36,794 nucleotides of DNA from positions 1-36,794 of the IMG/VR virus record IMGVR_UViG_3300009702_000009. One strand, given 5' to 3'. The notes under the pieces were generated by a model. It ran no database searches. It saw nothing but the letters and a program-made list of their open reading frames with translations, and was not told the origin of the DNA. The position numbers and the translations under genes are program-made. Shown piece after piece: positions 14,056-24,300 of the stretch (positions within the stretch are counted from its first letter, which is position 1; every line of letters begins with the position of its first letter). The DNA is from a virus.

Positions 14056-16541
14056 AATCAAAAATACCTATTGTGGATTTGAAAACTATAGCAATAGCAA
14101 TGAATAAATATAAAGATGAAGAAGAAAAATTCAAAGCCACATTAAGGTATTGGTTTTCATTTAAAGAGAATATTGCAACATTTAGTCAATTTTTATTTCC
14201 TGAGCATATTCAAGGAGAAGTACAAGATTTTCATAAAGAGTTTTATAAAACTTTCTTTAGAGCAGGTAATGATGCATTAGGAGCTCCAAGAGGACATGCA
14301 AAGCAGTTAGCTGACAGCACACCTATATTAACTCCAAAAGGGTGGACTACACATGGAGAGTTAAAAGTTGGTGATTATGTATATAGTCCAAGTGGTAAGG
14401 CTATCAAAGTTGTAGGTAAAAATAAAAAAACTAATTCTGATTTTGTTGTAACAACAAGAGATGGAGAACAAATAAGATGTCATGGTTATCACGAATGGAC
14501 AGTATTTGATAGAAATAAAAAGAAATTTGTAACTCTTGAAACTATTGATATGATTGATAAAGAATCTCAAAGAAGTAGATTCCAATTGCCTTTAAGAAAT
14601 CCTATTCAAGGAACTCATAAATCTTTAGATTTGGACCCTTATTTTTTAGGGATGTGGTTAGGGGATGGTTCTTCCACTAAACCTTGTATCACTCATTCAC
14701 CTTTAGATATGGATAGTGTTAATTCAATTCCTTATAATGTGTCTACAGTTTGTACTCATAATACTACAGGAGTATTAACGACTTATTTTTCAAATCAAAA
14801 TATTATTGAAACAATTCGTAAAATGGATTTATATAAAAATAAGCATATACCTAAAGAGTATTTAGAAAGTTCTTTAAATCAAAGATTGCAATTAATGGCA
14901 GGATTAATTGATTCAGATGGACATATTGATAAAAAAAGAGGGAGAATTAGGTTTGTTAATATTAATTATAATTTAATAAAAAATGTTGAAGAGTTAGCAT
15001 TATCATTAGGTTCACGACCATATATTACTCAACAAGACCCTAAATTAAATCCTTCTACAAAAGGTAAACAAATAGTTTATACTATAGCTTTTGACCCTAT
15101 TATTGATATTCCTACACGTTTAAAAAGGAAAAAGATTAGAAGATTTCCAAATAGACAAAGGTTAGGTATAACTTCAGTTGAGTATAAACCTAACGGGGAA
15201 AAAGGTAACTGTATTCAGGTTGATAGTGAAGATGGTCTATATTTGGCAGGAAGAAGACTAATACCTACACATAATAGTACAACAATAGGGATTATATTTA
15301 TATCATTTAATATTGTAAATAAGTTAGAGAGATATATTGTTTATATTTCACAGAATCATACTAAAACCGTTCAATTCATTGAACCATTAAGGTTTGAGTT
15401 CAAGAATAATAATCGGTTGAGGTGGTTATATGGTAATCTAGCTCCAACAGGTGCTAAAGATGATGATGGAAGAGATAGGGAAGATTGTGTTGATATTGAT
15501 GGAGTAAGGATTGAAGCTGTATCATTTGAGAAGAATCTTAGGGGTTTCAAGTTTGGGAATATGAGACCCACATTAATTGTTGGAGATGATATTGATTCTG
15601 ATGAAAGAGTAGTCAATCCAATATTAAGAGACAAAGATAGACATAAATTGTTTAGAGTAATTATACCTAGTTTAGATATTAATGGCAGAATAAAGATGGT
15701 AGGAACAATTATACATCATGATTGTTTACTAAATAATAGAATTAAAGCTTGGAACGGAAAAGTCTTTCGTGCTATTAATGATGGTATATCTTTATGGCCA
15801 GAAAGATTTACTCGAGAGAAATTATCTGAAATAAAGAAAGATATAGGTTCAGCAGCATTTGAATCAGAATATATGAATAACCCAATTGACAATTCTAGTG
15901 CACTAATTAAAAGAGAATGGGTTGAACAATGTTTAGAACCAGAGATAAGCGTAAGTGATTGTGATTTTGATGAAGTGTATTTAGGGGTGGATTTTGCATT
16001 TTCTGATAGAGTTTCAGCTGACCAGAGTGCATTTGGGGATATAGGTGTAAAGTATCATGATAATGGTCAAATAGATAAATTAATATTATTGAATGCAGAA
16101 TGGGCTAAAGGATTAAGTTTAAATCAACATTGGGAAAAGATTGAAAGAAAGTATTTAGCTAATAGGCATGACTTAGTTGTATTAGAAGAGAATAGTATTA
16201 AAGGTAGTGTAGAAGATATTAAACAACTCAATATTCCTTTTAAATTCTTTTGGATGGGTGCAAGAGACCCAAAGAATAATGAGAAATCTAGTTCATTTAC
16301 TAGTAAGACTATAGGCAAGATTAATGCGATTAATCGATTAGCTGTAAGTTTTGAATATAAGAGATGGTTAATCCCATATAAAACTCAAAGAGAACAAGAT
16401 ATAGCAAATAAATTAATAGCAGAACTAACTAGTTGGGGATTAGTTGATGGAAAATTAGAGGAGTTTGGAGTTCATCCTGATATGCCTGTTGCATTGATAA
16501 TGGTAAATGAAGCATTAAGAGGTAATACAGGAGTGGCTTAG
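14052..16541 (+). CDS. terL: Terminase large subunit precursor (505-aa extein plus 324-aa intein)
   Basis: Splicing would give the Walker A GAPRGHAK|STT. Walker B-like LIVGDDIDSDE. Nuclease-domain LGVDFAFSD. Confidence 0.85.
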   Translation: MKSKIPIVDLKTIAIAMNKYKDEEEKFKATLRYWFSFKENIATFSQFLFPEHIQGEVQDFHKEFYKTFFRAGNDALGAPRGHAKQLADSTPILTPKGWTTHGELKVGDYVYSPSGKAIKVVGKNKKTNSDFVVTTRDGEQIRCHGYHEWTVFDRNKKKFVTLETIDMIDKESQRSRFQLPLRNPIQGTHKSLDLDPYFLGMWLGDGSSTKPCITHSPLDMDSVNSIPYNVSTVCTHNTTGVLTTYFSNQNIIETIRKMDLYKNKHIPKEYLESSLNQRLQLMAGLIDSDGHIDKKRGRIRFVNINYNLIKNVEELALSLGSRPYITQQDPKLNPSTKGKQIVYTIAFDPIIDIPTRLKRKKIRRFPNRQRLGITSVEYKPNGEKGNCIQVDSEDGLYLAGRRLIPTHNSTTIGIIFISFNIVNKLERYIVYISQNHTKTVQFIEPLRFEFKNNNRLRWLYGNLAPTGAKDDDGRDREDCVDIDGVRIEAVSFEKNLRGFKFGNMRPTLIVGDDIDSDERVVNPILRDKDRHKLFRVIIPSLDINGRIKMVGTIIHHDCLLNNRIKAWNGKVFRAINDGISLWPERFTREKLSEIKKDIGSAAFESEYMNNPIDNSSALIKREWVEQCLEPEISVSDCDFDEVYLGVDFAFSDRVSADQSAFGDIGVKYHDNGQIDKLILLNAEWAKGLSLNQHWEKIERKYLANRHDLVVLEENSIKGSVEDIKQLNIPFKFFWMGARDPKNNEKSSSFTSKTIGKINAINRLAVSFEYKRWLIPYKTQREQDIANKLIAELTSWGLVDGKLEEFGVHPDMPVALIMVNEALRGNTGVA
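14304..15275 (+). mobile_element. Intein with LAGLIDADG homing endonuclease, class-3-like
   Basis: Block A QLADSTPILT. Block B ..HGYHEW (Trp codon 14496-14498). LAGLIDADG motifs LGMWLGDGSS and MAGLIDSDGHI. Block F GNCIQVD (Cys codon 15210-15212). Block G IPTHN|S (Thr codon 15267-15269, Asn 15273-15275). Confidence 0.8.
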
Positions 16542-16542
16542 A

Positions 16543-16821
16543 ATGGTAAAGAAGAAAGAAGAACCGACAAAGATTATATTACTTGAGAGTCATAAAATCT
16601 TTTTGAGTTTAAAGTTTTTATTACAAGAGAAAGAAGAATGTTTAACACCATATGGAAAAGGGTTGTTACAGGGATTACTTGACCCTGATTGTGAACATAA
16701 AATGGCTGTAGTGCCTAGAGTTGAACATGAAAGAATAGTTGATTCATTAAAAAAACCTATAAGAAAAAAGAGAGTTATTAAACCCAAGACGAAAAAAGCT
16801 TGGTGGCAACTTAAACACTAA
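16543..16821 (+). CDS. Hypothetical basic protein
   Basis: 92-aa ORF between terminase and portal. Confidence 0.45.
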   Translation: MVKKKEEPTKIILLESHKIFLSLKFLLQEKEECLTPYGKGLLQGLLDPDCEHKMAVVPRVEHERIVDSLKKPIRKKRVIKPKTKKAWWQLKH

Positions 16822-16823
16822 TA

Positions 16824-16833
16824 TTTATAAATA
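16824..16833 (+). promoter_or_regulatory. TATA-box-like 10-mer TTTATAAATA
   Basis: Exact 10-mer, 26 nt upstream of ATG 16860. Confidence 0.5.
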
Positions 16834-16859
16834 AGTAAATTGACAAATAACTATATTTA

Positions 16860-18797
16860 ATGAAGATGGGTAATTATGAGATTGTTTATGAACCAGAATA
16901 CAAAGCCGAGAATATTAACAAACAAGTTGAAGATAATGTTGCTGAACATCAAGAGTCAATGAGTAATAGTCCTCAATATAAGGTTATTATCCCTCAATAT
17001 ATGTATAAACCTGCATGGGGATTCCCTAGATATCAACCTTTAGGATTATTAAGACAATTAGGAAAAAACGTATATGCGTCAAGCATTTTCAAAACAATTA
17101 AAGATGTTATTATTGATACACCTAGAAAAGTTGTTGCTAAAGAAGGTATTGATGTTGATGAAGAACTTCAAAAGAAAATAGATGAATATCAGTTGTTTTT
17201 TGAAAGACCTAATCCTGAAGAAACATTTAGTTCATTTATTAGAAAAGTATTAGATGATATATTCAAATATGATTCAGGAGTAATTAATAAAGTATTTAAC
17301 CTTGCAGGGGAATTGATACAACTTAGAGCAGCACCAGGTGATACATTCAAAAAGAATCCAAACAAACGTGGATATTTGGATGAAAGAGATGATATAATTT
17401 TAGATAAAACACCTAGTAACGCATTAATTGAAGCGAATAAGAATCCAAGGAATATGGAAAATGGGTTTGCTAATACGGCAGCATTTCAATTTTATACAAA
17501 TTTTATTGATAAAGCTGCATATTTTCAGTTTGTTAATAGTGTAGCATCACAAATACCTATTCCTTATGGAAAAAGAGAATTATGTTGGCTTACAAGTAAC
17601 CCTTCAACAGATAATGTTTATACTAATGGTGCTCCATTAGAAGATGCAATAGATTTAATTCTTAGTTTAATTTATGGTTTAAAATTCAATTTAGATTTCT
17701 ATATGAATGGAAATACTCCTGAAGGGATTGTTAATGCTGTTGGTGCAACAAAGAAAGATTTAGCAAAGATTAAGGACCAATTAAATTTAAGTATTAACAC
17801 TCCAAGAGACCAATTTGGATTAAAGAGACGTATAGGATATAGAATGCCTATTGTTAATATGGATAATTTAGATTTTGTTAAATTGAATATGACAAGTAAA
17901 GAGATGGAAATACTTGAACAGCAGAAATGGTTTACTAAGATTCTTTGGATGAGATTTGGAGTTAATGCTGATGAAATGGGTTTTACCGAAAATAGTAATA
18001 GGGCAACATCAGGGCAACAAACTAAGAACAGTATAAGAAAAAGTATTAAACCTATTTATGTTATGATAGAAGAATGTTTCACATATGATATTTTATCTGA
18101 ATTTGAAGATGGAGATAAATTAAGGTTTGAATTTGATTTTTATGACCCTATAGACCAAAAAGAGATTAGGGATTTACAACAACAAGAGATATCTATGGGT
18201 ATTAATAGTGCTCGAAATATTATGAATGAAGAAGGAATTAATGCTGATGAGATAGAGAGTCAGAATCAAGATGCACAAGAGTTTGATTTCAATTTAAATA
18301 ATCCTGATGTACCTGAAGAGAATAATCCTTTTCCTAATGAGATGGATAAAGCAGATAAAAAAGAGAAAGAGAAACCTGAGACTAAATCCTTTACTACAAC
18401 AACAGGAGGTACAGGAACAACAGATAATGTAATGAACCCAATATATACTGATAGAAAAACAATTATTAAAAAGAATGGGAAATGGGTAGAAGATAAAGAG
18501 ACACGTCATGAAACTAAAGCAGAGGACACACCTGATGTTCCATTGGAAACCCCCTTAGAAAAAGTTATGGGAATGTTTATTAAAAAGATTGATGCCAAGA
18601 ATAAAGAGATTATAGAGGATTCAGAAGATTATGAAAATGAAATAGATGATGTGGAATTAAAACACAAATATATTAAACGAACAGGTAACATGGGGAATTA
18701 TAAATATTTTTATAGAGACAATAAGACGGGTAAAATCTTTCAAGGGTCTGCACCTAAAAAAGAAAGATATATGAAGAAATGGACGAATATGAATTAG
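16860..18797 (+). CDS. Portal protein with a long C-terminal extension
   Basis: 645 aa, immediately after the terminase region. Assigned by size and position. The C-terminal about 170 aa are acidic or low-complexity and carry the capsid-like segment. Confidence 0.65.
   Translation: MKMGNYEIVYEPEYKAENINKQVEDNVAEHQESMSNSPQYKVIIPQYMYKPAWGFPRYQPLGLLRQLGKNVYASSIFKTIKDVIIDTPRKVVAKEGIDVDEELQKKIDEYQLFFERPNPEETFSSFIRKVLDDIFKYDSGVINKVFNLAGELIQLRAAPGDTFKKNPNKRGYLDERDDIILDKTPSNALIEANKNPRNMENGFANTAAFQFYTNFIDKAAYFQFVNSVASQIPIPYGKRELCWLTSNPSTDNVYTNGAPLEDAIDLILSLIYGLKFNLDFYMNGNTPEGIVNAVGATKKDLAKIKDQLNLSINTPRDQFGLKRRIGYRMPIVNMDNLDFVKLNMTSKEMEILEQQKWFTKILWMRFGVNADEMGFTENSNRATSGQQTKNSIRKSIKPIYVMIEECFTYDILSEFEDGDKLRFEFDFYDPIDQKEIRDLQQQEISMGINSARNIMNEEGINADEIESQNQDAQEFDFNLNNPDVPEENNPFPNEMDKADKKEKEKPETKSFTTTTGGTGTTDNVMNPIYTDRKTIIKKNGKWVEDKETRHETKAEDTPDVPLETPLEKVMGMFIKKIDAKNKEIIEDSEDYENEIDDVELKHKYIKRTGNMGNYKYFYRDNKTGKIFQGSAPKKERYMKKWTNMN
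18378..18439 (+). repeat. 62-nt repeat, copy in the portal gene
   Basis: 60/62 identical to 28624-28685. Encodes ETKSFTTTTGGTGTTDNVMNP. Confidence 0.9.
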
Positions 18798-18828
18798 GTG
18801 GCATATTAAGAGTATTAAAATTATTCAA

Positions 18829-18981
18829 ATGGATAAAGCATACAAAGAAGAAATAAGTCAAGCAATTCAAGAGGGGAAGTATAGATTTAAATTATTACCT
18901 TTTACTAAAAGGCATTCTTGTGAGATTATTCTCCCTAAAGCATGGGAAGGTAAAAAAGTTATGATTGTAGTATTTGATTAA
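18829..18981 (+). CDS. Small protein, 50 aa (AbrB/SpoVT-like?)
   Basis: MDKAYKEEISQAIQEGKYRFKLLPFTKRHSCEIILPKAWEGKKVMIVVFD. The ..IILPK.W.GK.V.. segment is reminiscent of the swapped-hairpin fold. Confidence 0.3.
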   Translation: MDKAYKEEISQAIQEGKYRFKLLPFTKRHSCEIILPKAWEGKKVMIVVFD

Positions 18982-18982
18982 A

Positions 18983-18992
18983 TTTATAAATA
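18983..18992 (+). promoter_or_regulatory. TATA-box-like 10-mer TTTATAAATA
   Basis: Exact 10-mer, 19 nt upstream of ATG 19012. Confidence 0.55.
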
Positions 18993-19011
18993 TCACAATT
19001 ATAAAAATAAT

Positions 19012-19149
19012 ATGATAAAATATTATTTAGAATATTTTTGGGCAAAATTAACATATAATAAACAAATAGCACATGATAAAGGTTTACATTCTAAACAATT
19101 ATCTAAACAGATATATTTAAAACAAATCAAGGAAAAATACAATGATTAA
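19012..19149 (+). CDS. Small protein, 45 aa
   Basis: MIKYYLEYFWAKLTYNKQIAHDKGLHSKQLSKQIYLKQIKEKYND. Overlaps the MuF-like gene start by 8 nt. Confidence 0.3.
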   Translation: MIKYYLEYFWAKLTYNKQIAHDKGLHSKQLSKQIYLKQIKEKYND

Positions 19150-19771
19150 TCCCAATGATGATTACTATAGAGAAATATTAAAAGAGTTTACTCCATTATT
19201 CAAAGATGCAATTGAAATAGAAATACAATTAGGAAATAATATAGCAATTGAAGATGCAAAGAATAAAGGAAAAAAGACAAGAGATAGTGGATTAAAAGTC
19301 TCTAAGACTGATATTAATAATTTCATGAAGAAGTTAGAACTGAATATCAAAGATGCAAATAGAGATATATCGAAACGAATATCTAATGCTATTTTAGAAA
19401 ACACTAGTCAAAGAGGGAGTTTAGATGATTTAACTAAAAAAATTAAACAGATATTTGAAGAAGATACTTCTGAACATTTTAATTATAAAAATAGATATAG
19501 GACTATAGCAAGGACAGAGTCAACAACAATACTTAACACATCAGCAAGAAATAAAGCTAAATCTTTAGGTGCTAAAAAGAAATATATGGTTGGTGTTAAT
19601 GATAAAAGACAAGGAGAGGATAGTAAAGTTGCATTAGCAAAATATGGGTCAGAGGAACAAGCAATAGATATAGATAAACCATTTGAATATACTGTTAATG
19701 GTAAAGAGTATAGTTATTTACTCCCCCCAAACCGACCTTCAGATAGAGAAATCGTTCTTTATGTCTGGTAA
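19142..19771 (+). CDS. Head morphogenesis protein (Mu F / SPP1 gp7-like)
   Basis: YRTIARTESTTILNTSARNKA matches the conserved ..aRTE... core of the MuF domain. Follows the portal gene. Confidence 0.6.
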   Translation: MINPNDDYYREILKEFTPLFKDAIEIEIQLGNNIAIEDAKNKGKKTRDSGLKVSKTDINNFMKKLELNIKDANRDISKRISNAILENTSQRGSLDDLTKKIKQIFEEDTSEHFNYKNRYRTIARTESTTILNTSARNKAKSLGAKKKYMVGVNDKRQGEDSKVALAKYGSEEQAIDIDKPFEYTVNGKEYSYLLPPNRPSDREIVLYVW

Positions 19772-19812
19772 AAGACCGAAAACTATATAAGTTTGTTTAT
19801 TTTGAAATTTAT

Positions 19813-20325
19813 ATGGTAGAAACATTAACAAAAGAATATTTGAGTAAATTATATTACAAACAAAACAAAAGTTATAGAGATTTAGCTAAAATTACAGGTT
19901 TAAGTACTACAACAATTAGGAAGCGTTTTAAAGATTGGGGATTCAAATCTAGAAGTTTAAAAGAATCTTGTAAATTAAGATGTGAATTAAAACCTCAAAC
20001 TAATCCTGGAAGAAAAAATATGCCTAAAAATCCTAATTATGGAAAAGCTAATCATGCTTATAAAAAAGGGTATTGGATTAATGTTCACGGATACAAGAAG
20101 ATTTCAGTTGATGGAGAGGAAAGAATAGAACATAGATATATTTGGGAGCAGTTTCATCAAAAACCTATTCCTCCTAGACATCAAATACATCATATTAATG
20201 GGGATAAGTTAGATAATAGAATAGAGAATTTACAATGCATGACTAATTCGGAGCATCAAAAGTTACATAATCAACCAAGAGAAGAAACGACTGGAAGATT
20301 TATAAATAAGGAAGATGAGGAATAA
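19813..20325 (+). CDS. HNH endonuclease with N-terminal HTH
   Basis: SYRDLAKITGLSTTTIRKRF (HTH) and HQIHHINGDKLDNRIENLQCMTNSEHQKLH (HNH). Confidence 0.7.
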   Translation: MVETLTKEYLSKLYYKQNKSYRDLAKITGLSTTTIRKRFKDWGFKSRSLKESCKLRCELKPQTNPGRKNMPKNPNYGKANHAYKKGYWINVHGYKKISVDGEERIEHRYIWEQFHQKPIPPRHQIHHINGDKLDNRIENLQCMTNSEHQKLHNQPREETTGRFINKEDEE

Positions 20326-20327
20326 AT

Positions 20328-20720
20328 ATGTTATTCAGATTGAAGAAAGATAATATTATTTTAGATAAACCTTTTGGATGGAATATTGAGGGCAAAATAG
20401 TTAAGTTTAATATAAAGTGTAAGAACATTCCAAAAAGTGTTAAAATAACAATCTTAACAGCCGAGAATGAGGTATTATTCAATGAAACAATTGTTAAAAC
20501 TAATACAAACATATATCCTATCAATATAATTAAGAATGAGGGTGTTGTTGAGGCAGGGGAAGAATTTTTAATAGATGAAGAACTTCATAGAGATTATTAT
20601 TATGTATTTGGACTTGTAGGTGTTAATATTAAAGGATTACAAGAAGGAGAACGAATAGATAATATAAGTATATTCTATGAATCTGAACAAGGAGCTAAAT
20701 CTACACCAGGTTTCACATAA
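20328..20720 (+). CDS. Hypothetical protein
   Basis: 130-aa ORF. Confidence 0.45.
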   Translation: MLFRLKKDNIILDKPFGWNIEGKIVKFNIKCKNIPKSVKITILTAENEVLFNETIVKTNTNIYPINIIKNEGVVEAGEEFLIDEELHRDYYYVFGLVGVNIKGLQEGERIDNISIFYESEQGAKSTPGFT

Positions 20721-20722
20721 TA

Positions 20723-20732
20723 TTTATAAATA
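20723..20732 (+). promoter_or_regulatory. TATA-box-like 10-mer TTTATAAATA
   Basis: Exact 10-mer, 19 nt upstream of ATG 20752. Confidence 0.6.
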
Positions 20733-20751
20733 ACAAACATAAAAAAAAGTT

Positions 20752-21051
20752 ATGGTTCAATTAATTGGAACACTATCAGCACCTGGAACTATTGTGGTTC
20801 CTAAAGTACAACGTTATGAACATCATAAAATATATCTTAAAGTATCTAATTATACAACAACAATTACTGTTGTTGTTGAAGATGTAAGTTTAGGAGAAGC
20901 ATATCCTGTGGATTTACATTCTTCAGGAACATATACTATAACTGCAAATGGGACTTATGCCTATCAATATGAGAACGCTAGATGTGATGATTTAAGAATT
21001 AATTTATCAGGTGGTTCTGCGACTGTCGAGGTCTTTTATAATGGTTGGTGA
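20752..21051 (+). CDS. Small beta-rich protein
   Basis: 99-aa ORF. Confidence 0.45.
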   Translation: MVQLIGTLSAPGTIVVPKVQRYEHHKIYLKVSNYTTTITVVVEDVSLGEAYPVDLHSSGTYTITANGTYAYQYENARCDDLRINLSGGSATVEVFYNGW

Positions 21052-21055
21052 GTAA

Positions 21056-21316
21056 ATGGTAGGTAAATTAGAATATTTAAATAATACTCAAAATGCAATT
21101 ACTTTAAGTGCATCTAATTATGCTATAATATTAGATGATACAACTACAGCTAATGTAACTTATGTTGGAAAAGCTGTTATTGGTTCTGCTACAAGTACTG
21201 CTAGTTGGCAAATACAAAAATTAGATGAAACATCAGGTTTAGTAATTAATTGGGCAGATGGAGATGCAAATTTTGATAATGTATGGGATAATCGGGCGAG
21301 TTTGAGTTACAGTTAA
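21056..21316 (+). CDS. Small conserved-looking protein (..YVGKA..GSATS.ASWQI.K......I.WADGD.NFDNVWDNRASLSY)
   Basis: 86-aa ORF. The motif is recalled from uncharacterised phage proteins; function unknown. Confidence 0.45.
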   Translation: MVGKLEYLNNTQNAITLSASNYAIILDDTTTANVTYVGKAVIGSATSTASWQIQKLDETSGLVINWADGDANFDNVWDNRASLSYS

Positions 21317-21352
21317 AATGGAATTACTAAATATAATGGAAGGTGAATTATA

Positions 21353-24300
21353 ATGACTAATCACACAATAAGCTCTAATACTGATATAAATACTTTCAAT
21401 AACACTGTTACATGGGTTAATGGAGATACAATAACTATCAATACTGATATTACATTTACTATTGATGAACCAAATATCAGTAGTAGAATAAATAAATATC
21501 TTTATACGCACACAGTAAGTGGGATATTACTTCTTGATGGAACAAGTATAAGAGAAATGGATTATGATGGAGGGACTCTTTCTGCAGTTCCAACATTAGG
21601 GGATACTATAACAGGAGGGACTAGCGGTGCAACAGGGACTGTTGTTTTTTTAAATTCTACAGCTTCAACTGTTTCAGGAAATATGCTTATTAAAGGAATT
21701 TCAGGTCAATTTGAAGATAATGAGACTTTAACATTTACAACTCCAACAGGTTCTGCATTAGCTAATGGTAATGGGGTTTCTGGAACTGTTACAACAGCTG
21801 ATGCTACAGGAACAACATTAACAGATAGTACTGCAACATTTATTACACGTGGAGTGAAAGAAGGAGAGTACATTTTAAATACTACAGATGGAAGTATAGG
21901 AAAAATAACTAATGTTGATAGTGAAACTCAATTAACTTGTGAAGTATTAACAGGTGGAACAGGTAATGATTTTGGTTTATCTGATGCTTATAAAATAAGT
22001 GCCGATAGGAGAGGTTGGATTCAATATGCATCTAAAGATGACACTTCAGGAAATACTATTGTTGGAGTAGGAACTCTTAAAGTCACAGGGGAATGGTATT
22101 CATTAGGAAGAAGTACAGGATTAGCATCACAAACATTTACACATTATACTTCTGATTATGTACCTTTTGTAGAAATAGAAACAAGTGCAGGAAGTGGTGT
22201 TTATGAAGTTTGGTTAAATGCTTCTCGTTCAGGATTAACAACAGTTGGAATTGGGGATACAGGAAGGTTTTTTGTTTCTATTACAGGGAGTTCAACTCTT
22301 ACTTTTGGAGATGGTGTAAATGGTGAAATTCCTCCCACTAATGCAAATGTAAGAGTACCAAATGTTCACTGGAGTCAAGCAGATACAACTTCTTGGCCAG
22401 CAATAAAAATGCATGCAACATATTATTATCGTGTTTCTGTAGCTATTCAAAATTTAGATTTGGATACATTTAGTGGAGGTAGTTTGTATATGAATACTCA
22501 AACATCTACTGCAGTATCTCAAAAACTTTATAATTGTAAAATTTTTAACTCTGGATTTTCTCAAAGAGTTCTGATAAATGACCCAATACAAAGTACAAAT
22601 ATAGATGGGTGTTATGTTGGTAGTCCTGACCCTGCTGCTACAAATAATAATATATCATCAGTTTTTGGTGGATTTAGTAGAGGTACAATGACTTCAATAA
22701 ACAAATTTTATTCTTCAGGATATTATTCATCTGCACAAGTGCCTATTTCTAATTGTAATAACGCAACATTAACAAATATTAAATTTTTTAAACAAACTAG
22801 AGGAGGTACTGGTTATTATGGATTTGTATTTTCTAGTAATAGAAATACCAAAATAATAGGATTAACGTTAGTGGGAGCATTAGTAAGTTTAACAAGTTGT
22901 CCTGGTTGTTCATTTGAGAATATAAAATTCTCATGTGAGCCTACTGGGATAAAGAAAACTTCATCTGGTGCGTATGGAATACTGTTTGATGGAGGTAGTT
23001 TTGAGAATTTCATATTGAAAGGGTATGAATATACAAACCCTGGTGCTCCATCTTATCTTGGAGATATTAATATTTCATCAGGTTTTGGAACTGGATTAGT
23101 TATAAGAGATATTGGTTCTTATTCAACACCGATAGATTTAGATACTCATGCTCCGTTTATTGTAAGATTATCAGGAAATTTTCAGGACCCTCTTGTTGCA
23201 AGAGTATATGTTAAAAATAATAGAGTTACTTCTCCTTATGTACCAATTGCTTTTTACACTTATGGTGCTGCTAGGAGTCCTCAAACATATAATTGTGCAA
23301 CTTATCATGATACTTTAGCAAATGTAGGATTTCAACGTGTATATTCAAAAACTACACCAAGAGGAATAAGAACAAACTTTTTGAATTATGGCGCAGGAAA
23401 TTATGATTTAGACAATTATAGTTTACCTGATGATACCATATTTTATGATGGTTTTAAATCAGATACAACAGGTGTGGTGTCTTTTACTCAAGGTTCTGTA
23501 TTAGAACTTACAGCATATAAAACTTTTACAGGGAGTGTAATTTTTACAGGGGGCAGTTCTGGAGACCAGTTTAGTTCATCAGGAGCAACAATAACATGGG
23601 AATGTCCTAGTATAGTATATGGTCATACGGGATTAACAGGTTATACTGTTGGTGGTTCTATAAATTCATATTCAACGAAGGATTATCAAATAGACACAGG
23701 TTCAGGATGGAGTAGTTGGAAAACATTAAATACAACTAATCTTACTTCTGAGACTATTTCGTCTTCTACAGGATTTAAATTGAAAGTCAGATTGACTTCA
23801 ACTACTTCAAGTACAAAATCATTAAATTATGTAGAGATTCAAACTACAACTACTTTAGCTGACCAAAGGGATAATACTGTTGATATTGATACTTTTGATT
23901 TAACATTAACAGGGGTTTTAAGTGGTTCTAATTATAGAATTGAAAAAAATATTGATGGAACACTTTTAGCATCAGGAACTGCAACAGCAGACCAAGTAGT
24001 TAAAGTTAATACTACAACTGGAGCAGTAATGGATATTCTTATTGGTAAAGACCAATATAAAAGATTTGTTACAAGTGCTATAGCTGCTTCACTAGGTGTT
24101 GAATCATTTATATCTCAAATTTCTGATACTTTTAGAACTGTGAGTGATATTGTAGCAAATGCTTATACAGGAATAGCAATAAATGGTACAGCTAAGACTG
24201 TGACTATAACAACAGCTCATACTCATCAAGAATTATATGATTATTGTAAGGCCTGGGCTATTCAGACAAATAATTTACAATATGATGTTCCTCTTACAAC

